A stretch of DNA of 64,000 nucleotides from a virus (Duplodnaviria; Caudoviricetes), in the IMG/VR virus record IMGVR_UViG_3300027656_000007, positions 1 through 64,000 of that record; one strand, written 5' to 3'. Made by a program: the position numbers and the translations under genes. Below, piece after piece: positions 1 through 9,641 of this stretch. The notes below the pieces were generated by a model that worked only from the letters and a program-made list of their open reading frames with translations, was not told the origin of the DNA and ran no database searches. Within the stretch, counting starts at the first letter, position 1. Every line of letters begins with the position of its first letter.

Positions 1-570
1 ACTGGCATATTGATCCAACACATTGTTTTTTGGCGCAAAAGTACTTTGGCCAGCAGTGGCAGCTGATATAATTTGCTGTGTGTTTGCAGCAGTAACACCG
101 TCATCGCCGGGGGTGGCCACACCGGGTTCACCGCCTGGGCGTCCTTCTGTGGCAGTAACACTGCTGGATGTAGGTGCAACAGGTGCAACAGGCGGCACAC
201 TCTGTGTTTCTGTTAAGGTCTTTACCGGAGGATTGGTTCCTGTTTCTGTATTGCTGGCCAATGTGGCAGCTTGATCGTTGGTTAATCTTCCTGTACTGGT
301 AGGTGGAGTGGCAGGATTCTGTGTGGCACCGGTATCACTAGTAGCAACATCTGCGGCGGCTGTCGTTTGAGTCGGTTGTGTTTCATTTTCTTTGTCAACT
401 ACAGCTCGTGCTTCATTCAGCAGGCTTTGTTTGTCTACTGGTGCACCTTTTTCAATTGCAAGATTAATTGCATCTGATGGTAGCTCAGCTCGCGATATAG
501 TTTTTCCAGTATCTGTATCAACGACTATGAATAAGCCTGTAGTCGATTGGCGTTTAATTTCATAGGCCAT
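1..570 (-). CDS. Partial (runs off window start) baseplate/tail-associated protein, Thr/Pro/Ala-rich N-terminal part
   Basis: ATG at 570 (minus), just downstream of the gp53-like stop; open to position 1 (MAYEIKRQSTTGLFIVVD...KNNVLDQYAS). Not in the ORF track because truncated. Function inferred from position only. Confidence 0.7.
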   Translation of the reverse strand, partial: MAYEIKRQSTTGLFIVVDTDTGKTISRAELPSDAINLAIEKGAPVDKQSLLNEARAVVDKENETQPTQTTAAADVATSDTGATQNPATPPTSTGRLTNDQAATLASNTETGTNPPVKTLTETQSVPPVAPVAPTSSSVTATEGRPGGEPGVATPGDDGVTAANTQQIISAATAGQSTFAPKNNVLDQYAS

Positions 571-573
571 ATA

Positions 574-873
574 TTAGAATCCCAACGCTGAACGCAGTGT
601 GCTGATCTTGGGTATGTAGATCAATGTGTTGATCACAAAGTCCAAGGGTGGCTTGGTCAAGGTGTTGGGATTGCGTTGATAGAACACCCACCACAGGCCC
701 GCATTCTCGTACAGGTCAAAGGCCAAGAGATCTGGTCTGTACTGATAGGTCTGATTGATTGTAAACGGCAGATCATCACTCTGCGCAGGTATGGGTCTGT
801 TGACCATGACATCTAGAAAAAACTGACTGTAGCCAGTGGCAGCATACGGACTGGTTGCGTTGTAGGTTGCCAT
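574..873 (-). CDS. gp53: Baseplate wedge protein, T4 gp53-like
   Basis: 99 aa with YQYRPDLLAFDLY...LWWVF motif typical of gp53/LysM-like baseplate proteins; sits beside tube-initiator gene. Confidence 0.7.
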   Translation of the reverse strand: MATYNATSPYAATGYSQFFLDVMVNRPIPAQSDDLPFTINQTYQYRPDLLAFDLYENAGLWWVFYQRNPNTLTKPPLDFVINTLIYIPKISTLRSALGF

Positions 874-3017
874 TACCAGAATCCTCCTTTGAGTAGGTCG
901 CCATTGGCATATTGTCGTAGGCTAAACTGTTGGCTTTGTTGCTGGCGACTTTGAACTGGCAACAGTGTTAAGGCTATTTCAATCTTGGTAGGAACATATG
1001 TGGGACTGTTTAGTCCAAAGGTGGCCGGTGCCGGTTGTGCTGTTTTTCCGCCCTTGGGCAGGCCGGCATTGGCCAGTCGGTTGATTGCGCCGCCAAACAA
1101 TGGGCCCAGGATGCCACCACCCCAGGTAGTGCCAGGTGAGCGAGCATTGCCAGCTTGCCGTTGATTCAGCATGTTGCTGTTGTTGACGTTGGGACTACGA
1201 GCACGTATGTAGTCCACATCTGTTGGCAAGGTATAGGTAAATGAAGTGACCACACAAGGGTGTTCGTTGAATTGATATTCGCCCAGTCCTGTGAGATATA
1301 CCAAAGGTGGCGGTGTGCCACGTTGGGCATCTTGTCCGTAGAACATCTTGGTCACTGACTTGAAAAAATGTATCACTGCCAGCAAGTAGTTGGCTTCGGT
1401 TGTGCTTTGTGCAGTGAACGGACAAGACAGAGTGACTGCGTCTACTGAACTGCTTTGGTAGTAGTAACCTTTGTAATTGGAGTGTGTGAGATCGTAACTG
1501 GAATAGTTGGCCTTGTAGGCAGTGCTGATTGCAGGTGTGTAGGGGAATATCACACCGCCTTGATCTTTAAGAGGTTGCAAGATACCAGGTGCCGGTGCTG
1601 CATACAAATAATCAGCCTGTGGTGCCAAGCGTAGCTTAACCCGCCAATCTGCATTGTTGGGATTTCTACGCTGGTTAGCAATGGTGTTTTGTGCTCGTGC
1701 CTGATCCAGTGTGGCTTGTTGTTGTGCGGCCGCTTGTTGTGCAGCCACTTGGTCAAACAGTGCCGCATCTTCGGCTGCTATCTGATCCTCACGTATGGCA
1801 GCATCTTCGGCTGCCAACACCCCGTTGGGGTCAGCTGGACCACGTGATAAATTTTCAAACGCATCAGCGTCGCCCTGAGCTGCTTGTTGTTCTGCTATGG
1901 CAGCGTCTTCGGCTGCCAATACCCCCGTAGGGTCAGTGGGCAAGGTAGTGGGAAACGCTTCGGCGTCACTGCGAGCTATTTCTTCTTGACGTATGGCCTC
2001 ATCTTCGGCTGCCAATACCCCCGTAGGGTCGTTAACTGTTTCGTTCAATCGAAACGCGGCAGCGTCATCAGCAGCAATTTGTTCTTGACGTATGGCCTCA
2101 TCCTCAGCTGCCAGTACTCCTGTAGGGTCAGCTGGACCACGTGATAAATTTTCAAATGCATCAGCATCGCTTTGTGCTGCTGCTTGTTCTGCTATGGCTG
2201 CATCTTCGGCTGCCAACACCCCATTGTCAGCCGGGCCACGTGATAAATTTTCAAATGCATCAGCATCGCTTTGCGCAATTGCCTCATCCTCAGCAGCCAG
2301 TACTCCATTTGGGTCAGCTGGGCCACGTGATAAATTTTCAAATGCATCAGCATCGCTTTGTGCAATGGCATCGTCTTCGGCTGCCAACACCCCGTTAGGG
2401 TCAGCTGGTCCTACTGTTTGGAACGCAGCAGTGTCATCATCACCAAAGCCTGTGCCGGCGGTGGCTGGATTTACTGTAGGAGTACTTTTTGGTACTGCTG
2501 TGCTGGCCGGCAAAACATCTTTTGTGCTTTTGAAGATACCCCCAATTCTACTGGCCAAGGCCGCGGTGGCCAATGGGTTAGCTACAGCAGCGCCCAGTGC
2601 AACTGCACCCAATGTGTCTAATAGTCCGCTTGAATTGCTCAACATGCTGCCTGTTCTGGGCGACGGTGTTGACACATTGTAAGGCAGTTGTTTGTTGGCC
2701 GGGTCGATTAATGGACTCACACTACCATTTTGGTTGCCAGCTGCCGCAAGTGAATTAGGAACACCAGGACCGGTGGAGGGCGGGGTTTTTCCAGCAGCAG
2801 AGGTCACTGCCGCTGTGGCATTGTTTGAAGCCAGTTGTGTGGATTTTACTGCTTCGGTAGCAGCTTCAACTGCTGCCAGTGCCGCAGGAGAAGGTGTTCG
2901 GCCAGCTTTTTGTGCTGCAATCACTGTGTTTTGCGCCGCTGCCAGTGTTTTGGTCGCGACAGCAAGTTCACGCTGTGCTTGTGAGGCCTGTGCTGTTAGT
3001 GATGGGGTGGTTGCCAT
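873..3017 (-). CDS. Baseplate tail-tube initiator/cap protein (gp48/gp54-like) with long acidic-repeat N-terminal extension
   Basis: C-terminal domain GVIFPYTP...HSNY...FTAQ...YLLAVIHFFKSVTKMFYG...PPPLVYL...PCVVTSFTYTLP resembles tube-fold initiators. Start moved to ATG 3017 (AGGA SD upstream). Confidence 0.65.
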   Translation of the reverse strand: MATTPSLTAQASQAQRELAVATKTLAAAQNTVIAAQKAGRTPSPAALAAVEAATEAVKSTQLASNNATAAVTSAAGKTPPSTGPGVPNSLAAAGNQNGSVSPLIDPANKQLPYNVSTPSPRTGSMLSNSSGLLDTLGAVALGAAVANPLATAALASRIGGIFKSTKDVLPASTAVPKSTPTVNPATAGTGFGDDDTAAFQTVGPADPNGVLAAEDDAIAQSDADAFENLSRGPADPNGVLAAEDEAIAQSDADAFENLSRGPADNGVLAAEDAAIAEQAAAQSDADAFENLSRGPADPTGVLAAEDEAIRQEQIAADDAAAFRLNETVNDPTGVLAAEDEAIRQEEIARSDAEAFPTTLPTDPTGVLAAEDAAIAEQQAAQGDADAFENLSRGPADPNGVLAAEDAAIREDQIAAEDAALFDQVAAQQAAAQQQATLDQARAQNTIANQRRNPNNADWRVKLRLAPQADYLYAAPAPGILQPLKDQGGVIFPYTPAISTAYKANYSSYDLTHSNYKGYYYQSSSVDAVTLSCPFTAQSTTEANYLLAVIHFFKSVTKMFYGQDAQRGTPPPLVYLTGLGEYQFNEHPCVVTSFTYTLPTDVDYIRARSPNVNNSNMLNQRQAGNARSPGTTWGGGILGPLFGGAINRLANAGLPKGGKTAQPAPATFGLNSPTYVPTKIEIALTLLPVQSRQQQSQQFSLRQYANGDLLKGGFW
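1760..2412 (-). repeat. Seven imperfect coding repeats (~29-36 aa), core DP(N/T)GVLAAED(A/D/E)AI
   Basis: Counted in the translation; near-identical nucleotide copies such as ccacgtgataaattttcaaatgcatcagcatcgct. Confidence 0.9.
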
Positions 3018-3075
3018 GGTCTTTTTCCTATACAATATTTATCGCAAAAATAAACTGGTCATATAATGATAAAGG

Positions 3076-3108
3076 TTGACAATGCAGTAAAAAGTGTTAT
3101 AATAAATA
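3076..3108 (+). promoter_or_regulatory. Sigma70-type promoter (TTGACA-16-TATAAT, extended -10 TG) overlapped by late core TAAATA
   Basis: TTGACA 3076-3081, TG 3095-3096, TATAAT 3098-3103, TAAATA 3103-3108; AAGGAG SD before GTG 3130. Confidence 0.8.
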
Positions 3109-3129
3109 CATTACAAGGAGACACTGCCT

Positions 3130-4119
3130 GTGGCTACAAAACGCACAATATCAACCCTGGATCCTACCAAATCCATATCTGCACCCATTGCACCCAAAGT
3201 TAATTATCTCAACAACAGAGACATTTTAAAAGAAATTCACGCCAGCAAGAACACCTATTGCTACTACAGAGATCCTGCTGTGGACAGCCAATATGACATT
3301 ATCTTGGCCAGCCTGGAGAAAATCAATCAGCGAACCATTGCTGAGGCACGTAGGAATCGAGCAGACCGGCTCAAACGCGAAGGCACTATTGTGGATCCGG
3401 TAAAAATTCCCAATACCGATCTAGTGTTTAGAATCGCCTGCTGGGATCATATCCCAATGGCAGAGAAAAAGATTCCCAAGTCTGCGCAGAAGAAAAAACA
3501 AAAACTCGAAGATCTATTGGAGTTTGATGCTGAAGAAGAAATTGATGATTCCTTAGGTGAGTTACTGGATGATGTAATATTGAATCCTGTACGACAGCGT
3601 CTGAACTTTCCGCCGTTTGAACACTGGCGCCTGGACGAAAACAAAGAACGTGTTTGTGTAGGCCGCAGTCACTGGCTGGGTGATTTAGAAACTGGTGTGT
3701 TCAGCCGAGACCATGGCAACATGACACGCAAGCTGGCACACATGTTCATGAAACTGTGTGAACGCTATGCCACACGATCAAACTGGAGAGGCTACACCTA
3801 CAACGAAGAAATGCGCGGCCAGGCCTTGCTGCAACTCAGTCAAATTGGATTGCAATTCGACGAATCAAAATCACAAAATCCATTTGCCTACTACACCGCA
3901 GCCATCACCAACAGCTTTACTCGCATCTTAAATTTGGAAAAGAAAAGCCAAAACATCCGCGATGACATATTAGAAATCAACGGACTTAGCCCTAGTTGGA
4001 CACGTCAAAATTCCGGGAAGGCCAGCATGGCAGCTCTGAGTGGACCAGTTACTGTTACCACTTACATTGTGGACAAGCCAGTGGAAGAAACCCATTTGGA
4101 TTCCAACAACATTGTGTAA
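3130..4119 (+). CDS. gp55: Late-transcription sigma factor, T4 gp55-like
   Basis: NWRGYTYNEEMRGQAL...FDESKSQNPFAYYTAAITNSFTRILNLEKK matches the gp55 family pattern; upstream of gp47/gp46 as in T4-like phages. Confidence 0.8.
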   Translation: MATKRTISTLDPTKSISAPIAPKVNYLNNRDILKEIHASKNTYCYYRDPAVDSQYDIILASLEKINQRTIAEARRNRADRLKREGTIVDPVKIPNTDLVFRIACWDHIPMAEKKIPKSAQKKKQKLEDLLEFDAEEEIDDSLGELLDDVILNPVRQRLNFPPFEHWRLDENKERVCVGRSHWLGDLETGVFSRDHGNMTRKLAHMFMKLCERYATRSNWRGYTYNEEMRGQALLQLSQIGLQFDESKSQNPFAYYTAAITNSFTRILNLEKKSQNIRDDILEINGLSPSWTRQNSGKASMAALSGPVTVTTYIVDKPVEETHLDSNNIV

Positions 4120-4131
4120 TTTTACAAGCCC

Positions 4132-5016
4132 ATGACCATTGCTATTGTATATAACGGTGGAAGTTATGGTACCTATCTCGAATGGGTACTCACTACCTTA
4201 ACTACTGATAATCCTATTATAGCCCCGTTTAGTTCAAACGGAAACAGCCATCAATTTGGGAGTGGTGCGGGCAACATACATTCTTCTAAATGGAAAGCAG
4301 TTGCCAACAAAGAAAAGTCCTGTTTGTTTGTTCGGCTGCATCCAAAAAATCACCAACACGAAGTACTAGATAATAATTTAAATCAAATTTTGGATGTTGC
4401 AGAAAAAATTATATATCTGTATCCAGGCCACGATTCGGTGTTGTTAAATGTAAACAACTTCTATTCAAAAATTTGGTTAGATTGGTGGAGTGCGCGATTA
4501 TTAGATCCAGTATTTGCTGACAACTTGTACAGCAATTGGCCAGTTGAACGAGATACGCCTGTTGATCAAATACCGGTCTGGATAAAGAGAGAAATACTCA
4601 GTTTTAACTTGATGCCGGCCTGGGAGGACCAAGTGGAATGGTATCACCCAGACCGATGGAATCACCCACGATGTCAATTGGTATTGATTAACCAACTGTT
4701 GTATGATTTTGAATTGACTCTGCTGAAGTTACAGGAATTTTGCAATTTGGAATTCAAAAAGGACATTGGTGATCTTGTTCCATTCCACCATACTATGTTG
4801 TCACTGCAACAGCATCTTTCTCAAGATCAATTGTGTCACCGCATAGTTGACTGTACGCTGAACAATCAAATGTTTGAATGGACAGACATTCCTTTGCCCA
4901 GTCAAAGTTGGATACAATGGCAATTGAGAAACCTGGGCTACGAAATTCGCTGTTATGAGCTTGACATGTTTCCGACAAATAGTGTACAATTAAAAAAACT
5001 ACTTTATACTGTATGA
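4132..5016 (+). CDS. Hypothetical protein, possible P-loop/sulfotransferase-like fold
   Basis: 294-aa ORF, stop overlaps gp47 start; N-terminal strand plus GGSYGTYL loop. Fold call is weak. Confidence 0.6.
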   Translation: MTIAIVYNGGSYGTYLEWVLTTLTTDNPIIAPFSSNGNSHQFGSGAGNIHSSKWKAVANKEKSCLFVRLHPKNHQHEVLDNNLNQILDVAEKIIYLYPGHDSVLLNVNNFYSKIWLDWWSARLLDPVFADNLYSNWPVERDTPVDQIPVWIKREILSFNLMPAWEDQVEWYHPDRWNHPRCQLVLINQLLYDFELTLLKLQEFCNLEFKKDIGDLVPFHHTMLSLQQHLSQDQLCHRIVDCTLNNQMFEWTDIPLPSQSWIQWQLRNLGYEIRCYELDMFPTNSVQLKKLLYTV

Positions 5017-6026
5017 ATCTTTTTAAAAAAGCTGCGGTCTTTACTGACATACATTTTGGACTCAAGTCGAATTCGGTACTACACAACGAAGACTGTTTGG
5101 CTTTTGTGAAATGGGCCACAACCAAGGCTCGCGAAGAGGGTTGTGAAACCTGTTTGTTCCTGGGCGACTGGCACAATAACCGATCCAGTTTGAACATTGT
5201 CACACTGAACTACAGCCTACAAGCACTGGAGCACATGAATGCAAATTTTGACACTGTTTACTTTATCCCTGGCAACCACGATCTATATTATCGCGATAAA
5301 CGTGATATACAAAGCGTGGAATGGGCTAAACATCTTCCGAATGTGGTCATATGTAACAATTGGTTTAATAGTGGCGACGTGGTTATCGCTCCTTGGCTCT
5401 GCGGAGATGATTACAAGCGTATTCCCAAACTAACAGGCAAGTACATGTTTGGGCACTTTGAACTGCCCGGTTACTTGATGAACGCCATGGTAGAGATGCC
5501 GGACCACGGCGAAGTACGTAGAGAAGACTTCAACAACTTTGAACATGTGTTTACTGGACACTTTCACAAGCGGCAGACTAAAAAGAACATTACCTACATT
5601 GGCAATTGCTTTCCACACAACTATGCCGACGCTGGCGATGATGAGCGTGGTATGATGATCTTAGAATGGGGCCAGGAACCAGCGTTTCATGCTTGGCCTG
5701 ATCAACCGCGTTATCGTGTGCTGGGGCTCAGCAACATTATTGATAATGCACCCACTTTACTTGCAAAAGACATGCATGTTCGTGTGCAGTTAGACATTGA
5801 GATTTCGTACGAAGAAGCCAACTTTATCAAAGAGACCTACATCAAAGAATACAGTCTTAGAGAAATGGCTCTGATTCCAAACAAGGCAGCCGGCGTAGAT
5901 ACAGACATGGCGCCAGGCGAAGTAAAGTTTGAGTCAGTGGATCAAATTGTCACAGACCAACTTACCAATATTGAGAGTGAGTTTTACGATAACAAACTAT
6001 TGCTAAAGATTTATCAGACTTTATGA
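5013..6026 (+). CDS. gp47: Recombination endonuclease subunit (Mre11/SbcD metallophosphoesterase), T4 gp47-like
   Basis: DIH, GDWH, GNHD, GHFE, GHFH phosphoesterase motifs. Confidence 0.92.
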   Translation: MNLFKKAAVFTDIHFGLKSNSVLHNEDCLAFVKWATTKAREEGCETCLFLGDWHNNRSSLNIVTLNYSLQALEHMNANFDTVYFIPGNHDLYYRDKRDIQSVEWAKHLPNVVICNNWFNSGDVVIAPWLCGDDYKRIPKLTGKYMFGHFELPGYLMNAMVEMPDHGEVRREDFNNFEHVFTGHFHKRQTKKNITYIGNCFPHNYADAGDDERGMMILEWGQEPAFHAWPDQPRYRVLGLSNIIDNAPTLLAKDMHVRVQLDIEISYEEANFIKETYIKEYSLREMALIPNKAAGVDTDMAPGEVKFESVDQIVTDQLTNIESEFYDNKLLLKIYQTL

Positions 6027-6823
6027 TTTATTGTGTTTGGTACCCCAGTGGTGGGTTTGGTCACTTTGTTAATGCTGTGCTGACCCTTCACGGTATTGGA
6101 TTTGTTAGACCAAAGAATCAACTGAGATTTTCCAAAAACGGCAATAGTCATAATCTTGATCTAGTGGTCCCTAAGTATTCAAAAGAATGCTGGCCCGGTG
6201 GGATAGAATTTCTCAACGATAAAAATTATTGTGTGCTAGTGGACAACGGAATCAATAGCGAATCAACTCAATTCAAGTCTAATTTTCCTAACTCAAAAAT
6301 TATTAAAATTTGCTATTCTGACCGCAGTTGGCCTGTGGTGGCTCGTACCATGATTGAAAAAACCATGAAAAGTAGCATTGACAAACAATTGCCAACTGAT
6401 AACTGGGACACCAGTGCTCCGTGGGCACAACGAGAAAAGTATTTTTTATTTTTACGTGATCATGATCTAAGACATGCCTGGAGATCCACAGATGACAGTG
6501 CATTGTACATAGAAGAATTATATGAAAATTATGATGAGTTTTTTAACATTGTAAACTCTTTTGTCAAAATAGAACAGTGTGAAGATTTATGGATGCAGTG
6601 GAGGAAATCAAATGCTGTTTATATTGATCCAGTTGTAATTGCCAAAAACATAGTAGGTGATGTACTTGCAAAATGGTCTACCGACTTAACCCATATCAAA
6701 GATGTTTGGACCCAAGCTGTGGTTTACTATTATATTTGGTTAAAGTTCGGAATAGAAGTTCCGCACAACGATTTTGCTGATTTTTTTTCTAATACCAAAC
6801 AGATCATAGAGTTAGTTGAATGA
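6023..6823 (+). CDS. Hypothetical protein, N-terminus resembles 4132..5016 product
   Basis: 266-aa coupled ORF; N-terminal YPSGGFGHFV loop. Confidence 0.6.
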   Translation: MIYCVWYPSGGFGHFVNAVLTLHGIGFVRPKNQLRFSKNGNSHNLDLVVPKYSKECWPGGIEFLNDKNYCVLVDNGINSESTQFKSNFPNSKIIKICYSDRSWPVVARTMIEKTMKSSIDKQLPTDNWDTSAPWAQREKYFLFLRDHDLRHAWRSTDDSALYIEELYENYDEFFNIVNSFVKIEQCEDLWMQWRKSNAVYIDPVVIAKNIVGDVLAKWSTDLTHIKDVWTQAVVYYYIWLKFGIEVPHNDFADFFSNTKQIIELVE

Positions 6824-7563
6824 AATTATTAACAATAGCAGATGGCTACGGAGATAGTGTCGCAGTACCGTTGTGGTACACCAAGTACTGGAAATGGCCG
6901 GAAATTATTAATTTGATGACCAAGGGTGTAACTCTCAATAACTGTAGTAGGTACGGAGCCGGCAACGAGTTTATTGTTAATCAGTTAAAAAATAATATTG
7001 ATTCTGCCGACGTGGTAATGATACAGTGGGCAAAACCTAATAGATTAGATCTAGTTCTTGCCCATCTTGATTCTAAATTTTGGAAAGATGTTATTGCAAG
7101 TGATCAAGTGTACCACAACAATGTGGCAGATTGTGGCAACAATAAATTTTGGATTAGCAGTGGGTCTCAGACTGAGGCCATTCAAGAATACCACCAACGG
7201 TATATATCTGTCAAACAGCACCAAATGCGATCGCAAATATTTGTAGAGTATGCTAAAATGTTACTTGAGCATCACAATATTGATTATCGATTCATGCTTG
7301 TGGATGATAGTGAGTATCTCGGAATTGATGCCAATTGGGTTTGTCACGAACCATTCAAGGGCATGAATAATTTTAGGTACAAAAGCAAATATCGTGAGTT
7401 AGAATTAGGTATCAAACAACCTACTCCGTTAGTGGCATTTGATTTTATCAAGCAGTATATTATGCCCAGCATCGACTTACAATGGCGCAGTAGTCGCGAA
7501 ATTGATGCAGTTGAAAACATGCTGTATCGACATTACCAGGAAGCCGTAAAAAATAAACCATGA
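6820..7563 (+). CDS. SGNH/GDSL hydrolase-like protein
   Basis: GYGDS near N-terminus, NCSRYGAGNEFI and DVVMIQW...NRLD blocks resemble phage SGNH-like proteins. Confidence 0.5.
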   Translation: MKLLTIADGYGDSVAVPLWYTKYWKWPEIINLMTKGVTLNNCSRYGAGNEFIVNQLKNNIDSADVVMIQWAKPNRLDLVLAHLDSKFWKDVIASDQVYHNNVADCGNNKFWISSGSQTEAIQEYHQRYISVKQHQMRSQIFVEYAKMLLEHHNIDYRFMLVDDSEYLGIDANWVCHEPFKGMNNFRYKSKYRELELGIKQPTPLVAFDFIKQYIMPSIDLQWRSSREIDAVENMLYRHYQEAVKNKP

Positions 7564-9641
7564 TCCAAATTAAAAATTTAACTGTTAAGAACTTTATGAG
7601 TGTGGGCAATGCTACACAAGGTATTGACTTTAACCGTAACGACCTTACATTGGTACTGGGCGAGAACTTAGACTTAGGTGGCGATGGCTCGCGCAACGGC
7701 ACAGGCAAGACCACAATCATCAATGCATTGAGTTATGCCCTGTATGGACAAGCATTAAGCAACATTCGCAAGGATAATCTTGTGAACAAAACCAACAGCA
7801 AAGGCATGTTGGTCAGTTTGGACTTTGTTGTAAACGGTCAAGAATACAAGATTGAGCGTGGGCGTAAACCCAACGTATTGCGTTTTTATGTCAACAACGA
7901 AGCTCAAGTGGCCACAGACGAAGCACAAGGTGACAGTCGCGAAACACAGGATGCCATTGAACGTGTTATGAACATGAGTCACGACATGTTCAAACATGTG
8001 TTGGCCTTGAACACCTACACTGAACCATTCTTGAGTTTGAAGGCCAACGACCAGCGTAATATCATTGAACAGTTGTTGGGCATTACCTTGCTTTCGGAAC
8101 GTGCAGATGCTATCAAAGAACTCAATCGTCAAACCAAAGACAGTGTCAGTCAAGAAGAATTCCGTATCCGTGCAGAACAAGAAGCTAACCGACGCATTGA
8201 AGAACAGATCGAAAGTTTGAAACGCAGACAAGTGCTGTGGCAGAAGAAGTACGACAGTGATGTTGCGTACCTTGTGGCACAATATGATGATCTAGCAAAA
8301 ATTGATATTGAGGTAGAACTGCTGGCTCACAAAGATCTAGCTGTGTGGACCGCAAGAAAACAACAGCAAGACGCATACATTGCTCTTGTGGGTCGACAGA
8401 CTGCATGGAAGCAAAAACAAGACCGAGACATTAGAGAGTTAGAATCATCTTACAATGATCTCAGTCATATTGATATTCAGGCAGAATTACAGGCACACGT
8501 GGACTTGGCCGCACACACACAACAAGCCAAGGACATTGCTGAGCTTGAGAAGCTGATTGCTAGGTGTGTAGTTGACGAAGAAAAAGAACAAAAGACCATT
8601 GACAAACTTCGGACCGAAATTGAAGAGTTAAAAAATCACAAGTGCTATGCCTGTGGGCAAGACTTTCACGACGCCAATCACGAAACAGTGTTGGCCACTA
8701 AAGAAAAAGCCCTACAAGAAGCCGCACTGCAAGCACTGGCTACCAACGGTCAGTGGATGGAAAATACAGATGCATTACGAGCACTAGGTGCCTTGGGTGC
8801 TAAACCTACCACACACTACCGAACAGAAACAGAAGCCATTCGTCATTCAAGTGAACTGGAAAACATTCAGCACAAGATTGATGCCAAACGTGCAGAAACA
8901 GACCCATATGCCGAACAGCTGGCAGAGCACACGCCTGTAGAAGCGGGCACACCGCCTGTTACACACTACGATACAGAAGCACAAGCTGTTGATCATCGCG
9001 GTCGTATGAACACCTTGCTGACACAGATTGCCACTAAGGGTGAAGAGAAAGATCCTTATACTGAACAAATTGCCGAAATGCAACACCAGGCATTGCAGAC
9101 TGTGAGTTATGATGCACTCAACGAACTCACACGCTTGCAAGAGCATCAAGACTTCTTACTCAAACTGTTGACATCAAAAGATTCATTTGTTCGCAAGAAG
9201 ATCATTGATCAGAATTTGAGTTACCTAAATTCAAGACTCACACACTATTTGGATCGTATTGGATTACCACACACTGTAAAGTTCCAGAATGATTTAACTG
9301 TAAGCATTGAAGAACTGGGTCGTGAGTTGGACTTTGACAACTTGAGTCGTGGCGAACGTAACCGATTGATCTTGAGCATGAGCTGGGCATTCCGCGATGT
9401 ATGGGAAAGTTTATACAGCCCAATCAACCTGTTGTTTATTGACGAACTGATTGACAATGGACTAGACACGCAAGGCGTGGAGAATGCATTGGCCTTGCTG
9501 AAGAAAATGAGTCGTGAACGTCACAAGTCAATCTGGCTCGTGAGTCACAGAGATGAGCTTGCTGGACGTGTGGAGAACATTCTCAAAGTGATCAAAGAAA
9601 ACGGCTTTACTAGTTACAACACGGATGTTGACCTTGCGTGA
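7560..9641 (+). CDS. gp46: Recombination ATPase subunit (Rad50/SbcC), T4 gp46-like
   Basis: Walker A NGTGKTT, zinc hook CYAC, signature LSRGE, Walker B LFIDE, H-loop VSHR. Confidence 0.93.
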   Translation: MIQIKNLTVKNFMSVGNATQGIDFNRNDLTLVLGENLDLGGDGSRNGTGKTTIINALSYALYGQALSNIRKDNLVNKTNSKGMLVSLDFVVNGQEYKIERGRKPNVLRFYVNNEAQVATDEAQGDSRETQDAIERVMNMSHDMFKHVLALNTYTEPFLSLKANDQRNIIEQLLGITLLSERADAIKELNRQTKDSVSQEEFRIRAEQEANRRIEEQIESLKRRQVLWQKKYDSDVAYLVAQYDDLAKIDIEVELLAHKDLAVWTARKQQQDAYIALVGRQTAWKQKQDRDIRELESSYNDLSHIDIQAELQAHVDLAAHTQQAKDIAELEKLIARCVVDEEKEQKTIDKLRTEIEELKNHKCYACGQDFHDANHETVLATKEKALQEAALQALATNGQWMENTDALRALGALGAKPTTHYRTETEAIRHSSELENIQHKIDAKRAETDPYAEQLAEHTPVEAGTPPVTHYDTEAQAVDHRGRMNTLLTQIATKGEEKDPYTEQIAEMQHQALQTVSYDALNELTRLQEHQDFLLKLLTSKDSFVRKKIIDQNLSYLNSRLTHYLDRIGLPHTVKFQNDLTVSIEELGRELDFDNLSRGERNRLILSMSWAFRDVWESLYSPINLLFIDELIDNGLDTQGVENALALLKKMSRERHKSIWLVSHRDELAGRVENILKVIKENGFTSYNTDVDLA

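Noticed and set aside
23-274. Plus-strand 83-aa ORF in the track
   Set aside because: Antisense shadow of the truncated minus-strand gene 1..570, which fits the operon direction.
1884-3066. Plus-strand ORFs opposite the acidic repeats (e.g. 2092..2682, 2692..3066)
   Set aside because: Shadows of the repeat-containing minus-strand gene.
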